DNA of 62,003 nt, the filler included, from Hausera hauseri (Eukaryota), in the NCBI GenBank assembly GCA_046269625.1. It is 10 parts of 10 records of this genome, joined end to end, with 100 filler letters (N's around TTAATTAATTAA, not from the genome) between each part and the next. Parts side by side here need not be neighbours in the genome. Positions count along the whole stretch, not along the records: positions 33,436 to 39,869 come from JBJURY010101432.1; positions 39,970 to 46,769 come from JBJURY010064106.1; positions 46,870 to 53,737 come from JBJURY010056774.1; 7 more parts are not named here. One strand, 5' to 3'. Below the pieces are notes generated by a model, which had not been told where the DNA came from, made no database searches, and was given only the letters and a program-made list of their open reading frames with translations. The position numbers were made by a program, and so were the translations under genes. Shown piece by piece: positions 39,289 through 51,400 of the stretch (its first letter is position 1; each line of letters starts with the position of its first letter).

Positions 39289-39417
39289 ATCCCAGAGAGT
39301 TGTTTGGGTAAAACTGCCCCTGTCTGGATTCAAGACGATGCTGCTACCATGTGTATGCTGTGTAGGCTAACTTTCAATGTGGTCCGCAGGAGGCATCATT
39401 GTCGTGCATGTGGCAAA
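39289..39417 (+). CDS. FYVE-domain exon, FGD-family-like
   Basis: [20 protein letters not shown]...[11 protein letters not shown] followed by GTAGG donor; 129-nt phase 0-0 exon. Confidence 0.85.
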
Positions 39418-39969
39418 GTAGGCCAAATTTTCTTCCTTAATGTATAATGCATACATGTTCTTTTATCTTGCATGTTTTATAAGCTTACATTTGTTATGTA
39501 GGCAGGCACAACATGTAAGAGAGCACAGAATGTCTATTTTCATTTCTTTAGGCTAATTATTTTGTTCCATGAAGATTTTATTTAAATTATATTGACTTAC
39601 CAAATTTTTAAATTTTATCGTGTAGCCACTAGTCATTTAACGAAATAATTCTAATATTTGGTATTCAACTTATTATTTTCATATTTGTGTCGTACTTATA
39701 ATAATTCTCCTTTTACAATTTTTGCCTTTCATGCAATTTTCTATAATTTACCGTATGATTTTGGTAATGCATTAAAATTATTCAGCAACCGTGGACTACT
39801 TCCTCCTCCAGTAACCCCCATGAGCCATTCGTTTTTGAAGGAGCATATTGGAGGCAATTATGAAAATTANNNNNNNNNNNNNNNNNNNNNNNNNNNNNNN
39901 NNNNNNNNNNNNNTTAATTAATTAANNNNNNNNNNNNNNNNNNNNNNNNNNNNNNNNNNNNNNNNNNNN

Positions 39970-40510
39970 TAGATGCATTGACCTCCAGCCTGATGAAGAA
40001 TATCTAATCGTTTTCACTCAACACCATGCTGTAACGAGACATCGAATAATTAGAACTCAAACAAGAACTAGAAAATATTTAGCACTTGAAGAATTTCCAA
40101 TTTATACAACCCTACATCTAGTAACTAGGCCCACTACTCAAACCAATATGTTGAAAATCTTAATACCCTCCATAATAATAGTATTCTTTCTACTGTCCAT
40201 ATCCGCACCCTTTGTAATCATAGAATTAAAAAGATTTTCTAAAAAACGTACTATTATGAACAAAACCTTGTTACTCTCAACCAACCTAATATGCTTAGTA
40301 GGTTGTAGTGTGGCGTGGACGGTCGACGCTGAAAGGGATAAAACGTTTAACGTTAAAAATAACTACACTAAATTACATACACTACACAGAACGATAACAA
40401 TGATATACACATCAAAAAGTATAAGCAAATCTCAACCAATATATTTGCAACAACATAAACAACAAATAAAGCATCGAAGGGTAACCACCTACCTTCTAAC
40501 AAACCATTAA
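39970..40510 (+). CDS. C-terminal part of the Gypsy FN3/TM membrane protein
   Basis: RCIDLQPDEEYLIVF then LIPSIIIVFFLLSISAPFVIIEL-KRFSKKR-MNKTLLLSTNLICL, collinear with the 18328-21564 ORF. Confidence 0.8.
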
Positions 40511-40545
40511 AAATGACCTGCTATCAATTTATTTTTCTTTTCAGC

Positions 40546-42584
40546 ATGGATAATTTGAATACGCTAATTTATATACCCGAAAATCAAGGAGAAGAATTTA
40601 ATCCCGATTTGGACGGATCCAGTACAGAGTCAGATTCTAATGCTTCTATTATATCTATACTGCCAAATCCTAAAAGAAAAGTTCTATTACCTAATCAAGA
40701 ACAATTAACCTCTTTTACCTTTTCAAATGCATTGGCTACACTAATGACTAGAGGAATATTGGCACCCAAAACAAAGGATAAAAACCTGAGATAAGGAAAA
40801 CATCAATATCCATTTTGGACATCCGTTGCAAGCCTATAACCTATGATGATCTACCAGATCATAAGAAACTCAAATTACAAACCCAGATACTCAATAATAT
40901 ATCTCAAACCGATGAATACCAGTTATTAAATCGATCTATCAATGAATTGACTGATAAAAATTTATTCGAATCTACGATCCAAATCGAAATCTATATTCAT
41001 CCAAATTTTATGCTTATCTAACAGAATTAACTGAATCGCCAACGGACATTTTATATCCTGAATGCAAATACTTGGATAATGGATTGAAGACTACTACTCT
41101 CAATGATAGATCATTCAGAATACTAAAAATCGAAAATCCTGTATATAACTGTAACCTCACCAAATTGTTCGCCATACATGAAGATATTGACAAAGTTCTT
41201 GTGCACCTTGCTAAAGGGAAGATTCAACTAAGAGCACATTCCGACACCTTTAATGGACTTGATGAAACACGCACCATATTAACCAGTAAAAATTCTATGA
41301 AATTAGAACTGGCTGCTCTCCAAACACAGATTTATTTTAGAGTATAACTAACACCAGTAATACTTAGTATAGAAACATGCCACAAATCAGATCCAATGAT
41401 AGAACTTAAGAAACCCTTATTTCATAGTAGACCACCTTCAGGTACTATCAATTACAAGCTAACAATAACTTGTAATTATAGATATTTGGCTGCCTCTTTA
41501 GTTTATGCTGCTAATGGTGATCCTCTACCTATAGAGGTTATAATAGCAGACGAAAAGCAGCTAATCCTCTATCAAGCTTTCCTAAACCCAAGAAGGCGGA
41601 TATGAAATACAAACGAGCACATCCATGGGTTAAATATGCAACTTATACAAGAAGCTGCAGACGAAGATGTAATACGAAAAGAATTATTCAAGTTTCTTTT
41701 TAAATACGTAGTGGTCAGTGTCAATACCAATGCCATTTTAAAAGCACTACGAATGCCCAAGAGTCTGACATTCGGAAATTTAGATCTACTAGCTACGAAA
41801 AATACAAAAGAACGTTTTAAAGAACATGGATTACGAATTATTCTAACCCAATCGCCAACAATTTATGATTTTTCTTATGATTTTCCCAAAACCGCTGAAA
41901 CAGTTCTACAAGCGATATTCGAAATATATAACAAAGTCGAAAACTCATGCTCTAACGAAAATTGGACATTCGACTGGAACCCGCCTCGAAAGAATCTGAT
42001 AGATATAGGAAGATTCATACAAATTGAATCCACTTATCATGAAAATTATCAATTCGACAAAATCGAATCTATCTCTCCAATTGACGAGATGAAAATTAAT
42101 ACAGTTTCCATTTTAAAGCCAAAACCGGAAATAACATTTACAAGGCTTTCTATTTTATTATATGGAAAATATGGTGGATCTATAAATGTGCGCTACATTC
42201 CTCAAGCAATATACTCCATAACCACAGAGCACCTAATACTCCCAAATAAAAATTTTGAATGTGTTAGGTATAGTATATAAAAATGCTACTCATCAAACGC
42301 TCCACCTAGCCATAATTGGTGGTAATATAGAAGAATTGTTAAAAGTAGAACACGAAACGTTATTGACGCATCAACCAATTCCAATACAACTGGAACATAC
42401 TCCTATTCTCAAACCAAGGAGAAGACTACCAGTTCAATTAAAAAATACTGCCAAACAAAAGGTCCGTATGATTTTGTATAAAAACAAAACTGAACTAATA
42501 TTGGAAAATCTGTACAAAATGCCAATTTCAAATCAGTCAAGCGAAGAACTACTCCAATCAGTTTATCCGGCTATCCAAATCTGA
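40546..42584 (+). pseudogene. Gypsy 3' accessory ORF with an inactive DEDDh-like domain, degenerate
   Basis: Collinear with the C-terminal ~700 aa of 18328-21564 (DLD.SSTESDS, GKIQLR, PLP(I/V)EVIIAD, HGL, NE.W...W.PP); several stops and frameshifts. Confidence 0.85.
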
Positions 42585-42769
42585 CTTTATATCTTATTTG
42601 TGATGAACAAGTAATTGATTAGACTTTAATCTTTGTGATGATACTTTTGAACATTTTGTAGTTTTATTTTTATATGTAACGAATTTTATGCTTTTACTGT
42701 ACATATACTAGTGCACTATGTAAAAATGAAAGGAGTGACTTATCAAAATTTTCATAAGAAAATTTTTAT

Positions 42770-42785
42770 AAAAGGGGGTGGAAGA
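42770..42785 (+). promoter_or_regulatory. Polypurine tract
   Basis: AAAAGGGGGTGGAAGA, matching AAGGGGAGGAAGA in the other copy. Confidence 0.8.
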
Positions 42786-44103
42786 CGTTACAGAATGAGG
42801 TCAGAAATTAATTGATGATTAATTTATTTGAATTATGAGTACAAAATGTCAAGAAACATTTTTAAAATTTGTAAACATCATAGTTAGATTAATGAATCGT
42901 GAAATTACAACTAAAATCAGTCCAAAACAGTAATGCGTTAATTGCTGGATGTTGAAAGCAAGTTTTGCTTAATTACTGATTTGAGTTTTTTTTCGCAATG
43001 ACAAAGTGTCAACTACTACATTCATGATTTTATCGATTAAACGATGTAATTTAAATGATAAAATGATAACTATTTCATCAATTGAAAATGCTACACGAAA
43101 GCATTTAATAAACTAAAATTATGACACAAAATATACAGTAAACGGAGTATGTCGATGTTACTGCTAAATCAAACAGTATTATTAAACAGCACTTATTTTG
43201 ATAAACGAAAATTATCAATATACAGTAAATGAATTATATCGTTTGATTTTATTGATGTTACTGCTAAAATTAAACAGCACTATTAAACACCCACTATAAT
43301 TGAACCAACACCTATATGAATTAAATCAACACCCATACAAATTAAATCAACACCCACAAAGTAAATAAGCAAAACACCCCTGACAAAATAAATTTCTCCC
43401 AATAACGTAAAAATACTATAAAAGAAAAACCAAAAAGAATGAGAATGAACAGCAGTTAACATAGAAAATTTACTCAATTACGAGTCAAATATCACTCCTT
43501 TTATTTTCAAATTATTCGTGATTATTGTACATTTCTGGGTTCAATTCCCATCTTGTACATTTACGAAATTGCAATTTTGCTTTTCAGTTACTAATTGGAC
43601 TTCGGTAAACTTTTATTTATTTTTGTAAGAAACCATATTATTTGTTGTTCTTTCTATTCTCTATAATTAATTTTAAACTCAATCCCACAAATTAATCAAG
43701 CGGCAGCGGTCGAAACCAAAGTAGACCATCGCTGAACTACACAAAAGTAAATAAATTAAAACATTAAGGGAAAATAATTCTTTCTTTTGATTTAAATATT
43801 TTCCTTCTCAATCCATTTCGTTTGGATTAGAACAAATCATACATAAGGGACTCCAACAACAATTGAAATTTCATTAAATGTTTACGAAAATTAAAAATTT
43901 CTTAAGAAAATTAAGAAACAGAATTGAATTTTTAATCTGGGTTACTGAAGAAAGATCAGAATTTTTCTTCGGAAGAAAAGCTATACAAAAAGAAATAAAA
44001 CATCAACAAGAATTAAATATGCAACGAAGCTTTTAATTAGAGACAAGAATCCGAATTTTTAAACTCTTCAATATAGTTTGAAATTTTGGACAGTGAACCA
44101 ACA
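42786..44103 (+). mobile_element. Complete ~1.3-kb LTR (CGTTA...CAACA; first base presumably T>C)
   Basis: Bounded by PPT on the left and PBS on the right; internal short repeats at 43131-43380; homologous to 17019-18122. Confidence 0.8.
43878..44036 (+). CDS. LTR-encoded 52-aa ORF MFTKIKNFLRKLRNRIEFLIWVTEERSEFFFGRKAIQKEIKHQQELNMQRSF
   Basis: ATG-to-TAA ORF below the ORF-track cutoff; protein-level conservation with 17019-17106. Confidence 0.75.
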   Translation: MFTKIKNFLRKLRNRIEFLIWVTEERSEFFFGRKAIQKEIKHQQELNMQRSF

Positions 44104-44107
44104 TTTC

Positions 44108-44126
44108 TGGCGACCCTAACAGGACT
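44108..44126 (+). promoter_or_regulatory. Primer-binding site, tRNA-Arg type
   Basis: TGGCGACCCTAACAGGACT versus TGGCGACCGTGACAGGACT, the complement of a tRNA-Arg(UCG) 3' end as recalled; 4 nt after the LTR end. Confidence 0.8.
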
Positions 44127-44287
44127 TGTCTCTAAATCAAAGTTACAATTAAAACACAAACATACCTAGAAAATGTCCTAATAAACGTGCGACTGTCGAC
44201 TCCACACAAAATCTATAACTTAAAGATCTAGTAGTAAACCTAGAACCTTTAAATCTTGCCTTATTATATCCAGACTTACAAAACGAA

Positions 44288-45397
44288 ATGGCACAACCTC
44301 CACCAATTAACTTAACCATTCATAAACCTCTAAATATTCCAAAATATAACGGCGATCCTGCCGGTTTACTCAAGTTTTTGAAAACTTATCGCTTATTAAG
44401 CGAAGGATTAGGCGTTGATCAACAAGCCTATATCCGTAGAATGCCCCTCTACTTAGATGAAGTAGCTCTTGACGTTTTCCAAGAAATAACTCCTGAAGAA
44501 AAAGCTGATTGGGATAAATTAACCTCTGCACTAATTAAACGTTTGATGCCAACGGTAACCCCAACAGCTCAACTAGCCATCTTACAAAAAAGATTTCAAC
44601 AATCTGGCGAAACTGTTACTCAGTATTCTTATGCCCTATCAGAACTAGTAAAAAATTACGCCAACACTGTTAAGACCCAAATCTTAATTAAAAAACCTAA
44701 CGCAAAAGAAGATGAATTAAAGGTTGAAACAGACATTCACCTATTAACCCAATTTTTGAAAGGTGTCAGAAAAGACATCAAAACAGACATCTTAAAAAGA
44801 AATTGCCTAACATTCAATGAAGCAGTGCGTGAAGCACAGAATCTCGAGGCATATGTAGGCCCTTATAAAGACGAACGATTTTCTAAGTCTAACCAAAGAT
44901 TTAACAATCAAAATTCGAATAACCAACAACAAAATCAGCAACAGAACCAATCTAAATCTCAAAATGAAAATAATCAACAACAAAGCCAAAATAGAACCCA
45001 ACAAAATCAAAATAATTACAATAATTTAAACAATACCAACAGTTCATATTCAAAGAATAATAATTATGGAAAAAGACAGAATAAGAATAACAATTCATCT
45101 AACCAATATCAACAAAAAGGACGTGTTGATGTTAATAGAAATGGTACACCTTTAGTTTGCCGAAGATGCGAACAAACAGGCCATAATTCAATAAACTGCA
45201 TGAACCTTCTATATCAACTTCCAAGAGTAAAACAAGAAAATACAGTCAATTTATCATCCCTTCATGAAACATTAGATGTTAAGCTAAAATTAGATAAATT
45301 AACACCCCAAGTTAAAGAACAATTTATCAATCAAGCCGCTAATGCTCGATTTTATGCTGTTAATGTAAACGATAAACAAAACAACGAAATCAAATAA
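44288..45397 (+). CDS. gag: Intact Ty3/Gypsy Gag (capsid, Q/N-rich linker, CCHC knuckle)
   Basis: IPKYNGDP...FL..Y; MPLYLDEVALDVF; FQQSGETVTQYSYAL; QFLKGVR; CRRCEQTGHNSINC. Confidence 0.92.
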   Translation: MAQPPPINLTIHKPLNIPKYNGDPAGLLKFLKTYRLLSEGLGVDQQAYIRRMPLYLDEVALDVFQEITPEEKADWDKLTSALIKRLMPTVTPTAQLAILQKRFQQSGETVTQYSYALSELVKNYANTVKTQILIKKPNAKEDELKVETDIHLLTQFLKGVRKDIKTDILKRNCLTFNEAVREAQNLEAYVGPYKDERFSKSNQRFNNQNSNNQQQNQQQNQSKSQNENNQQQSQNRTQQNQNNYNNLNNTNSSYSKNNNYGKRQNKNNNSSNQYQQKGRVDVNRNGTPLVCRRCEQTGHNSINCMNLLYQLPRVKQENTVNLSSLHETLDVKLKLDKLTPQVKEQFINQAANARFYAVNVNDKQNNEIK

Positions 45398-46869
45398 AAT
45401 AATTAAGACTATTTTCAGCATTCGAATTGAACTAATTAACGATACGAAAAAACAATTGAATGTATTTTGTTTTGTCCATTTTCACACCATTAAATGATAA
45501 ATTAGAATTCTCCTATTTTTATTATAGGACAAATGATTCTCTAGTTGGTCCTTGAAAAGGATTGGTCGGTATTTCTAGATAGTCGTGATAAAAAGTATTG
45601 ATCTGGTGCTTTTCACTTAGCGCATTGACTGTTTTTGTACCAGGATTAATTTTGAGTTGTATTGAGGCACAACAGCACATTTTTCTTGCAAGGAGACTTA
45701 CCTAATTTTATGTTAATTGCTGTTCTGTCGATTTTGTTCATTTTTATTTATATTCACGTTACTGTTTTCAAATTGCCGATTAATTCTTTGGCTCATAACA
45801 AGTTGGATGAATTCGTAAACAAAGGCTACAGATGGATCTGTTCGACATTCGGTGATCCGAGTGGGGACAAAATCCTTGGTGTTATACAAAATAATAAAAA
45901 CGGGGCGATCTTGGATTTGCACAAATTGCAACTGGTTGGCTATTTGTAATCCTCGCAGTGTAGCTGCGATAGACGTAACGAGATTGGAAACGGTCGACAC
46001 GGTTCTATTGATTGTTATTAAATCCTGATAGCCACTGTTATTTTGCTACATTTGACGATTTTATAACTCTACCGCACAACTATATCTGAAATTGCCGTTA
46101 ATGTAGAGCTTGGAATAGCAGCATTAAGTGTGGGTCTGGACCGCTCAGCAGCAAGATTCTGTGACGGATGATGAAAAGCCGCAATTACCGACAACGTCGG
46201 GGCAAAAACGCCGCACCGGTTAAACCGGCCAAAATGGTCCACTGGGCAAAACAACATTGTGAACACTACAATACATTTCATGAAACAAAATTATAATAAT
46301 GTAAGTTACCAAGTAATAATGTCGACTTTGGATTTCTCCGATCGATCAGTGTTTTATTCTTAGATACTATTAGTTAGATTAAATAGACAATGTAAATAAA
46401 TTTGTTCATAGTTTGTCCGATTACAACAATATTAATAATTTAGACTAAACACATCAGTGATCACAAACTATAAGCCGAATATTCGATGGATATTTCTTAT
46501 TTCAGCAGAACATAAAGGAAATGCTGTAAATCGAATGTTAAAAGAATATTAACTTGAGAAATGTGATGAAAATCTTGTCAAAGTTCAAAAGTTCTTACAT
46601 ATGGGGAATTTGAACAAGTGCGTAATGGCCTAACACTTACACACTCGAAATGCGTTATCCTGGCTTCTTTAGCAAGTTTTTTTTCATATTACCATACAAG
46701 CATTATGTTATGAACTGAGCAAATGTTCCAAAATAAAGATTAGTAAATATCAGAGTAGGCGGCTAATTGNNNNNNNNNNNNNNNNNNNNNNNNNNNNNNN
46801 NNNNNNNNNNNNNTTAATTAATTAANNNNNNNNNNNNNNNNNNNNNNNNNNNNNNNNNNNNNNNNNNNN

Positions 46870-47180
46870 GCACCGTATCCAAAATCGCCAAGCTTAACAT
46901 TGAGGTATCGATCCGTTGTTTGCTTTCCAAAATGAGAGAGACACATTTCGGAGAGATTGCTATTTCCGCTTAAAGTTGAATTTTCGAATCTGAGGAAAAA
47001 AACTGTACCCGCGACCGCGAAACCACATGGCTCCCCCTCGTGGCCAGATGAAGACTATAAAGAGAAGAATAAATGGAGATTATAGTAGGAAAAGAAGAAC
47101 TTGTACCTATTCGGTTTTGGTACGTGTTAGACGTTGCAGTCCATCTATGAACTTCTCCCTGCTGTAAGTACTAAACGTCA
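46870..47180 (-). mobile_element. 3' end, PPT and start of LTR of a CsRN1-like Gypsy element
   Basis: 47050-47180 resembles 34300-34440; GAGGGGAGCCA|TGTGG; 46870-47029 resembles 50380-50540. Confidence 0.65.
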
Positions 47181-47299
47181 CATGACGTTGTGGTGCCCAC
47201 AGCGGCCGGCGCCCTCTGGCCCATTTGGTTGGACACAGCCGGGCGTCCGTTGCCGCCACGTCGGGCCTATAGTCGGGCCCGATTTCTCGCTTTACGAAT

Positions 47300-47921
47300 T
47301 TAGCTACAGAGATTGACATAAATAGAACCATTCCCGGATTCCAACGGTGATACCACTGTTCATTTAGCCATTAAGAACAAAAATTATCAGACGATCATTG
47401 ATAAAGTATTAACGTTTCCCGTTGATTTATCAATCTACAATAACAACGGATTTAATCCTCTCAATTTGGCCGTAAATGACAGAAAATTAGAAGCCTTTCA
47501 AATGCTTTTAAAGTCAGAGGAAAAAAGCCGAATATTTCGAAGCCGAAAACGGCGAGTCAAACTTGCAGTTATCCATTCGTTGTAAGCAATTGGAAATATC
47601 GGACTTCATTTTGAGTAAAAATCCGACCGTAAGCTGTGCAACTGACAGAAAGTACGGTTTCACATCTCTTCATTGGGCTGTTTTTCAAAAGAATCCCGTT
47701 ATGATAAAAAACTTTTCAGATTAAATCCAAAGTTGATAAATATGAAAGACAGTACTGGAAAGACCGCGTTGGAACATTTGATTTATATGCACGAATTTTC
47801 TAAAGTGCTTAAAGAGAATATAATCTGTATTGGAATAAAGTTGATTGTAGAAAATACTGATGTCATTAATTGTGAATCAAAATGGTTTGCACAAGTTTAT
47901 TCGAGATACCTATCGATGTAA
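47300..47921 (+). pseudogene. Ankyrin-repeat protein fragment, frameshifted
   Basis: DSNGDTTVHLAIK, NNNGFNPLNLAV, YGFTSLHWAV, DSTGKTALEH. Confidence 0.75.
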
Positions 47922-48489
47922 ATTTAAATTTTAATTTGAAAGTCGTCGTTTACATTTTCATACAGACTATTTATTGAACAGAATGACGGATTTTTTGATC
48001 TCACACCGTGATGCGTAATCCATTTCGACGATTGTCTTCCAGTATTCAATTTTGTACAATCGCAATATTTTGATTCGTTTTTATGCAATTTTGTTTTGTC
48101 CAGATTTAATGATTTTTTACGTTTTCAATATTAACTTTTATATGTGGTTTTACGCTAATCCAGTTTTTTATTCATGTACATAATTGTTTGTTAAAAAATT
48201 AATTTGTTTTAATACAAGAAGTTAACCTGGAAAAGTTTGAAATTTGAAAAATGAAGACATTTGATTTGTGAACTTTGCATTCATTATTTCGATCCCAATT
48301 TATAACATTTGAATATTTCATTTTGCTTTTATGATTTTTTGATATCACTACATTGGAGCTACATTAGAACATAAACTTTCACAATTCGCCATTTTGACAT
48401 CATAACAATCTTATGGGTGGATTTAATTTCTGAATTTATCTCTCGTTTTCAAAGCTGAAATTTATTTGTTAAATCTAACAGACGTGATT

Positions 48490-51400
48490 TGTTAGATGTT
48501 ACTAATGCTTGTGGAGTTGTTTGAGGGAGAGACTGTAGATTTCGTGGTGTTTTGGGAGGATGCTTCATGAAGAGGGAAAAGGATCACGCGCAGAAGATGA
48601 GACTGGAGATGTGAACGAATCGTGCAATGAAGGTGAAATGAGTAGTGGATGTGCAGGCGATGACGGAGAAGCCAATGTTGAAAGAGCAGTGGATGATGAC
48701 GGAAGTGAAGAAAACTGATTGTGACGCGAGACTAAATGCTGCGAAAGACTAAAATCATCAAGGAAATTAAATGATGTATCGAGGGTAGAGAAGTTAGAGT
48801 TGGAATTTGAGACAATGCTGTTATCCTGGTCAACGAAGAAGGCCGGCTTAAGATTAGAAATGTCTACGTTGTGAGGTCTGTCTTTGCATAAAATAATGTC
48901 GTATGCAAAGAAAGGTTCACTAATTTGTAAAAGCCAACGTATTGGAGCCGAAAACCAGAAGGAGACGGATCCTTCAGCCATACAAACTTGGCTGAGTATA
49001 AGTCCTCTGGGATATAAGATTTATCTTTATTTGTAAGGCGGCAGAAGGCATTCGAGTTGACATCAGAAAAGTAGGACTGTGTTGCACGAATAACTTTATC
49101 TGACGGACTTTCATCAAAATTGGAGAGCTCAAATAGTGCACGAACTGGTGTCCCAAAGAGAGCCTCAGCTGGTGCACGGCCTGTGGTGGTGAATGGCGTG
49201 TTGCGCCAACCGAGTAGGACAAGAGGAAGAATTGAGATCCAGTTATGATTGTTGTTTGCCAGGATTTTTAAGGAAATCTTCATGGTGCGATAAAATCTTT
49301 CGAGAAGACCATTTGCTTGAAGATGGTACGCCGTCATATGGAGACGGGCTATCTCCAAGTACTTTACGAGAGATTTGAAAAAATCAGCTTCAAATTGCGG
49401 ACCCTGGTCCGTTATAATGTGACGTGGTGAGCCAAAACGGCTGACCCATATCTTGATAAATGCATCTGCTACTGAGTCAGTGTTAGCTGATCGAAGCGGA
49501 ACGGCTTCTGGCCAGCGAGAAGCGTGATCCATCATGGATAAGATATATTGATAACCATTGTCGGTAGATAGAGGACCCACAAGTGCTAAATGCACGGTTT
49601 CAAAACGAGAAGTGCAAGGGAAGTGGTAGAGTGGTGGTTTGAGGTGCTATGAACCTTGTATTGCTGACATGCTACACATCCCGTGACCCAGATCTGTACA
49701 TCGGTACTGATAGTTGGCCATACAACGTGGCGTTGCAATAGGCGAAATGTGGCTTTTGAACCCGGAGAATGAAGACAGTGAAAGTGATTGAAAGCTGTTC
49801 TAGTCCTTTTCGTGGGTAAAGTAAATCCATAGTAATGATAAATTCCGAACGATAAATTCCAAAAAAGGAGAAGCTGATTATTAACTTTTATTTCTTTAAA
49901 CTTCAATTCTTTTTAAAAAAACTGCGATCAATTATCTTTCATCAATATTTATTTACTTTATATTTATTTACACAACACTTATATACAATATTTCTTTACA
50001 CAATAATACTCTTCTGCCCACTAGAAGGGAATATTGTAAAAGTGTAAGATGAGGTAAAAAGTTATTTGTAAGGACATTTTGGAAATTTGTCAATTGAGGA
50101 AAGATATACACTGAATCATCGAAATTGTCTTCCAGGGATAATGAATGGTAAAATATTTTCGTTGATGTAAGTCTATGAATCTAAGACGGATGGATACAAG
50201 AACTGATAACTTCCCGTAACATTTTGTCTGTCATTACATGAGGGTATCTGGAAACTGGCCGCTCAATGCGTTTATGACAACTCACCTTACTGTATGACAT
50301 TCATCATATGGACTTATTTTTTGTTTCTAACATCGTGCTGTTCATTGTAAATTTTAGAAGCCGTGAATACAACAGTTTCCTAGTATCGTATCCAAAATTG
50401 CCAAACTGAACATTGAGATATCGACCCGTTGTTTGTTTTCTAAAATGAGAGAGTCACATGTTGGAGAGATGACTATTTTCGCTTAAGGTTGAATTTTTAC
50501 CTCTGAGGAAACGAGCTGCGCCCGCGACAGCTGTACCACAGCTGTCTTTTGAAGCGAAGGAGCAAAAATAATTTTCTTGTTAATCGAGTTGGAGGTGTCA
50601 TAAGCGACGCCATCGATGATTTTAACAGATTTAAAAGCTTGAAAAATATCAGATGATGGCTGATTGTTTCTCAGGACCTCAGAGGAGAAAATTGGCTAAA
50701 CTGTAATTGAGTTAACCGACCGCGAAAGAAAGTCCGCTACTAAATTTTCGGTGCCTGAAATATATTTCATGGAAAAACTAAATGTTGACAGATATGATAT
50801 CTGTCGTTCTTGTCTGGGTGAGGGCTGTTTCAAAGTCATTATGTAAAGTATAGGCTTATGGTCGGTTTGGATGGTAAATTGGCGTGAAAGAAGCAAGTGC
50901 TTGAAATGCTTTACCGCTAGAACTACACCCAAGAGTTCACGATCGAATGTTGAGTATTGACTTTCCGGTTGCGTGAACGTCTGGGAATAAAATTCTAATG
51001 GTTCATCGACGCCTTTGTATATTTGGTGTAATATTGCACCAGTTGCTGTGGTTGAGGCATCGGTAGTTAATATTAGTTCAGCGTTTGGCTTTGGAAAGGC
51101 CAATATTTCCACAGTTTTCAGACCTTCACGAAGGCGATCAAATTAGTTTACTAGATTTGGAGTCCAATGGATTAATTGTCTTTTCTACCCAGATGAGACG
51201 TGTGCCAAAGGTGCCGTTAATTTGGAGCAGTGTATCATGTATTTGTGTACGAAATTTAATGTGCCTAGAAAACTCCTCATATCGGTAGTAGTGGTTGGCA
51301 ACGTCACATTTTTTAATTGTTGTAAGCGATCAGGCTTGGGCAAATGCCCTTTGGGAGTAATTATGTGACCTAAGAAGTTGACATGTTTCTGGAAGAAATT

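Noticed and set aside
46870-46960. Minus-strand LNVKLGDFGYG as a protein kinase DFG motif
   Set aside because: No HRD or other kinase motif; it lies in an LTR, and the second copy reads QFGNFG.
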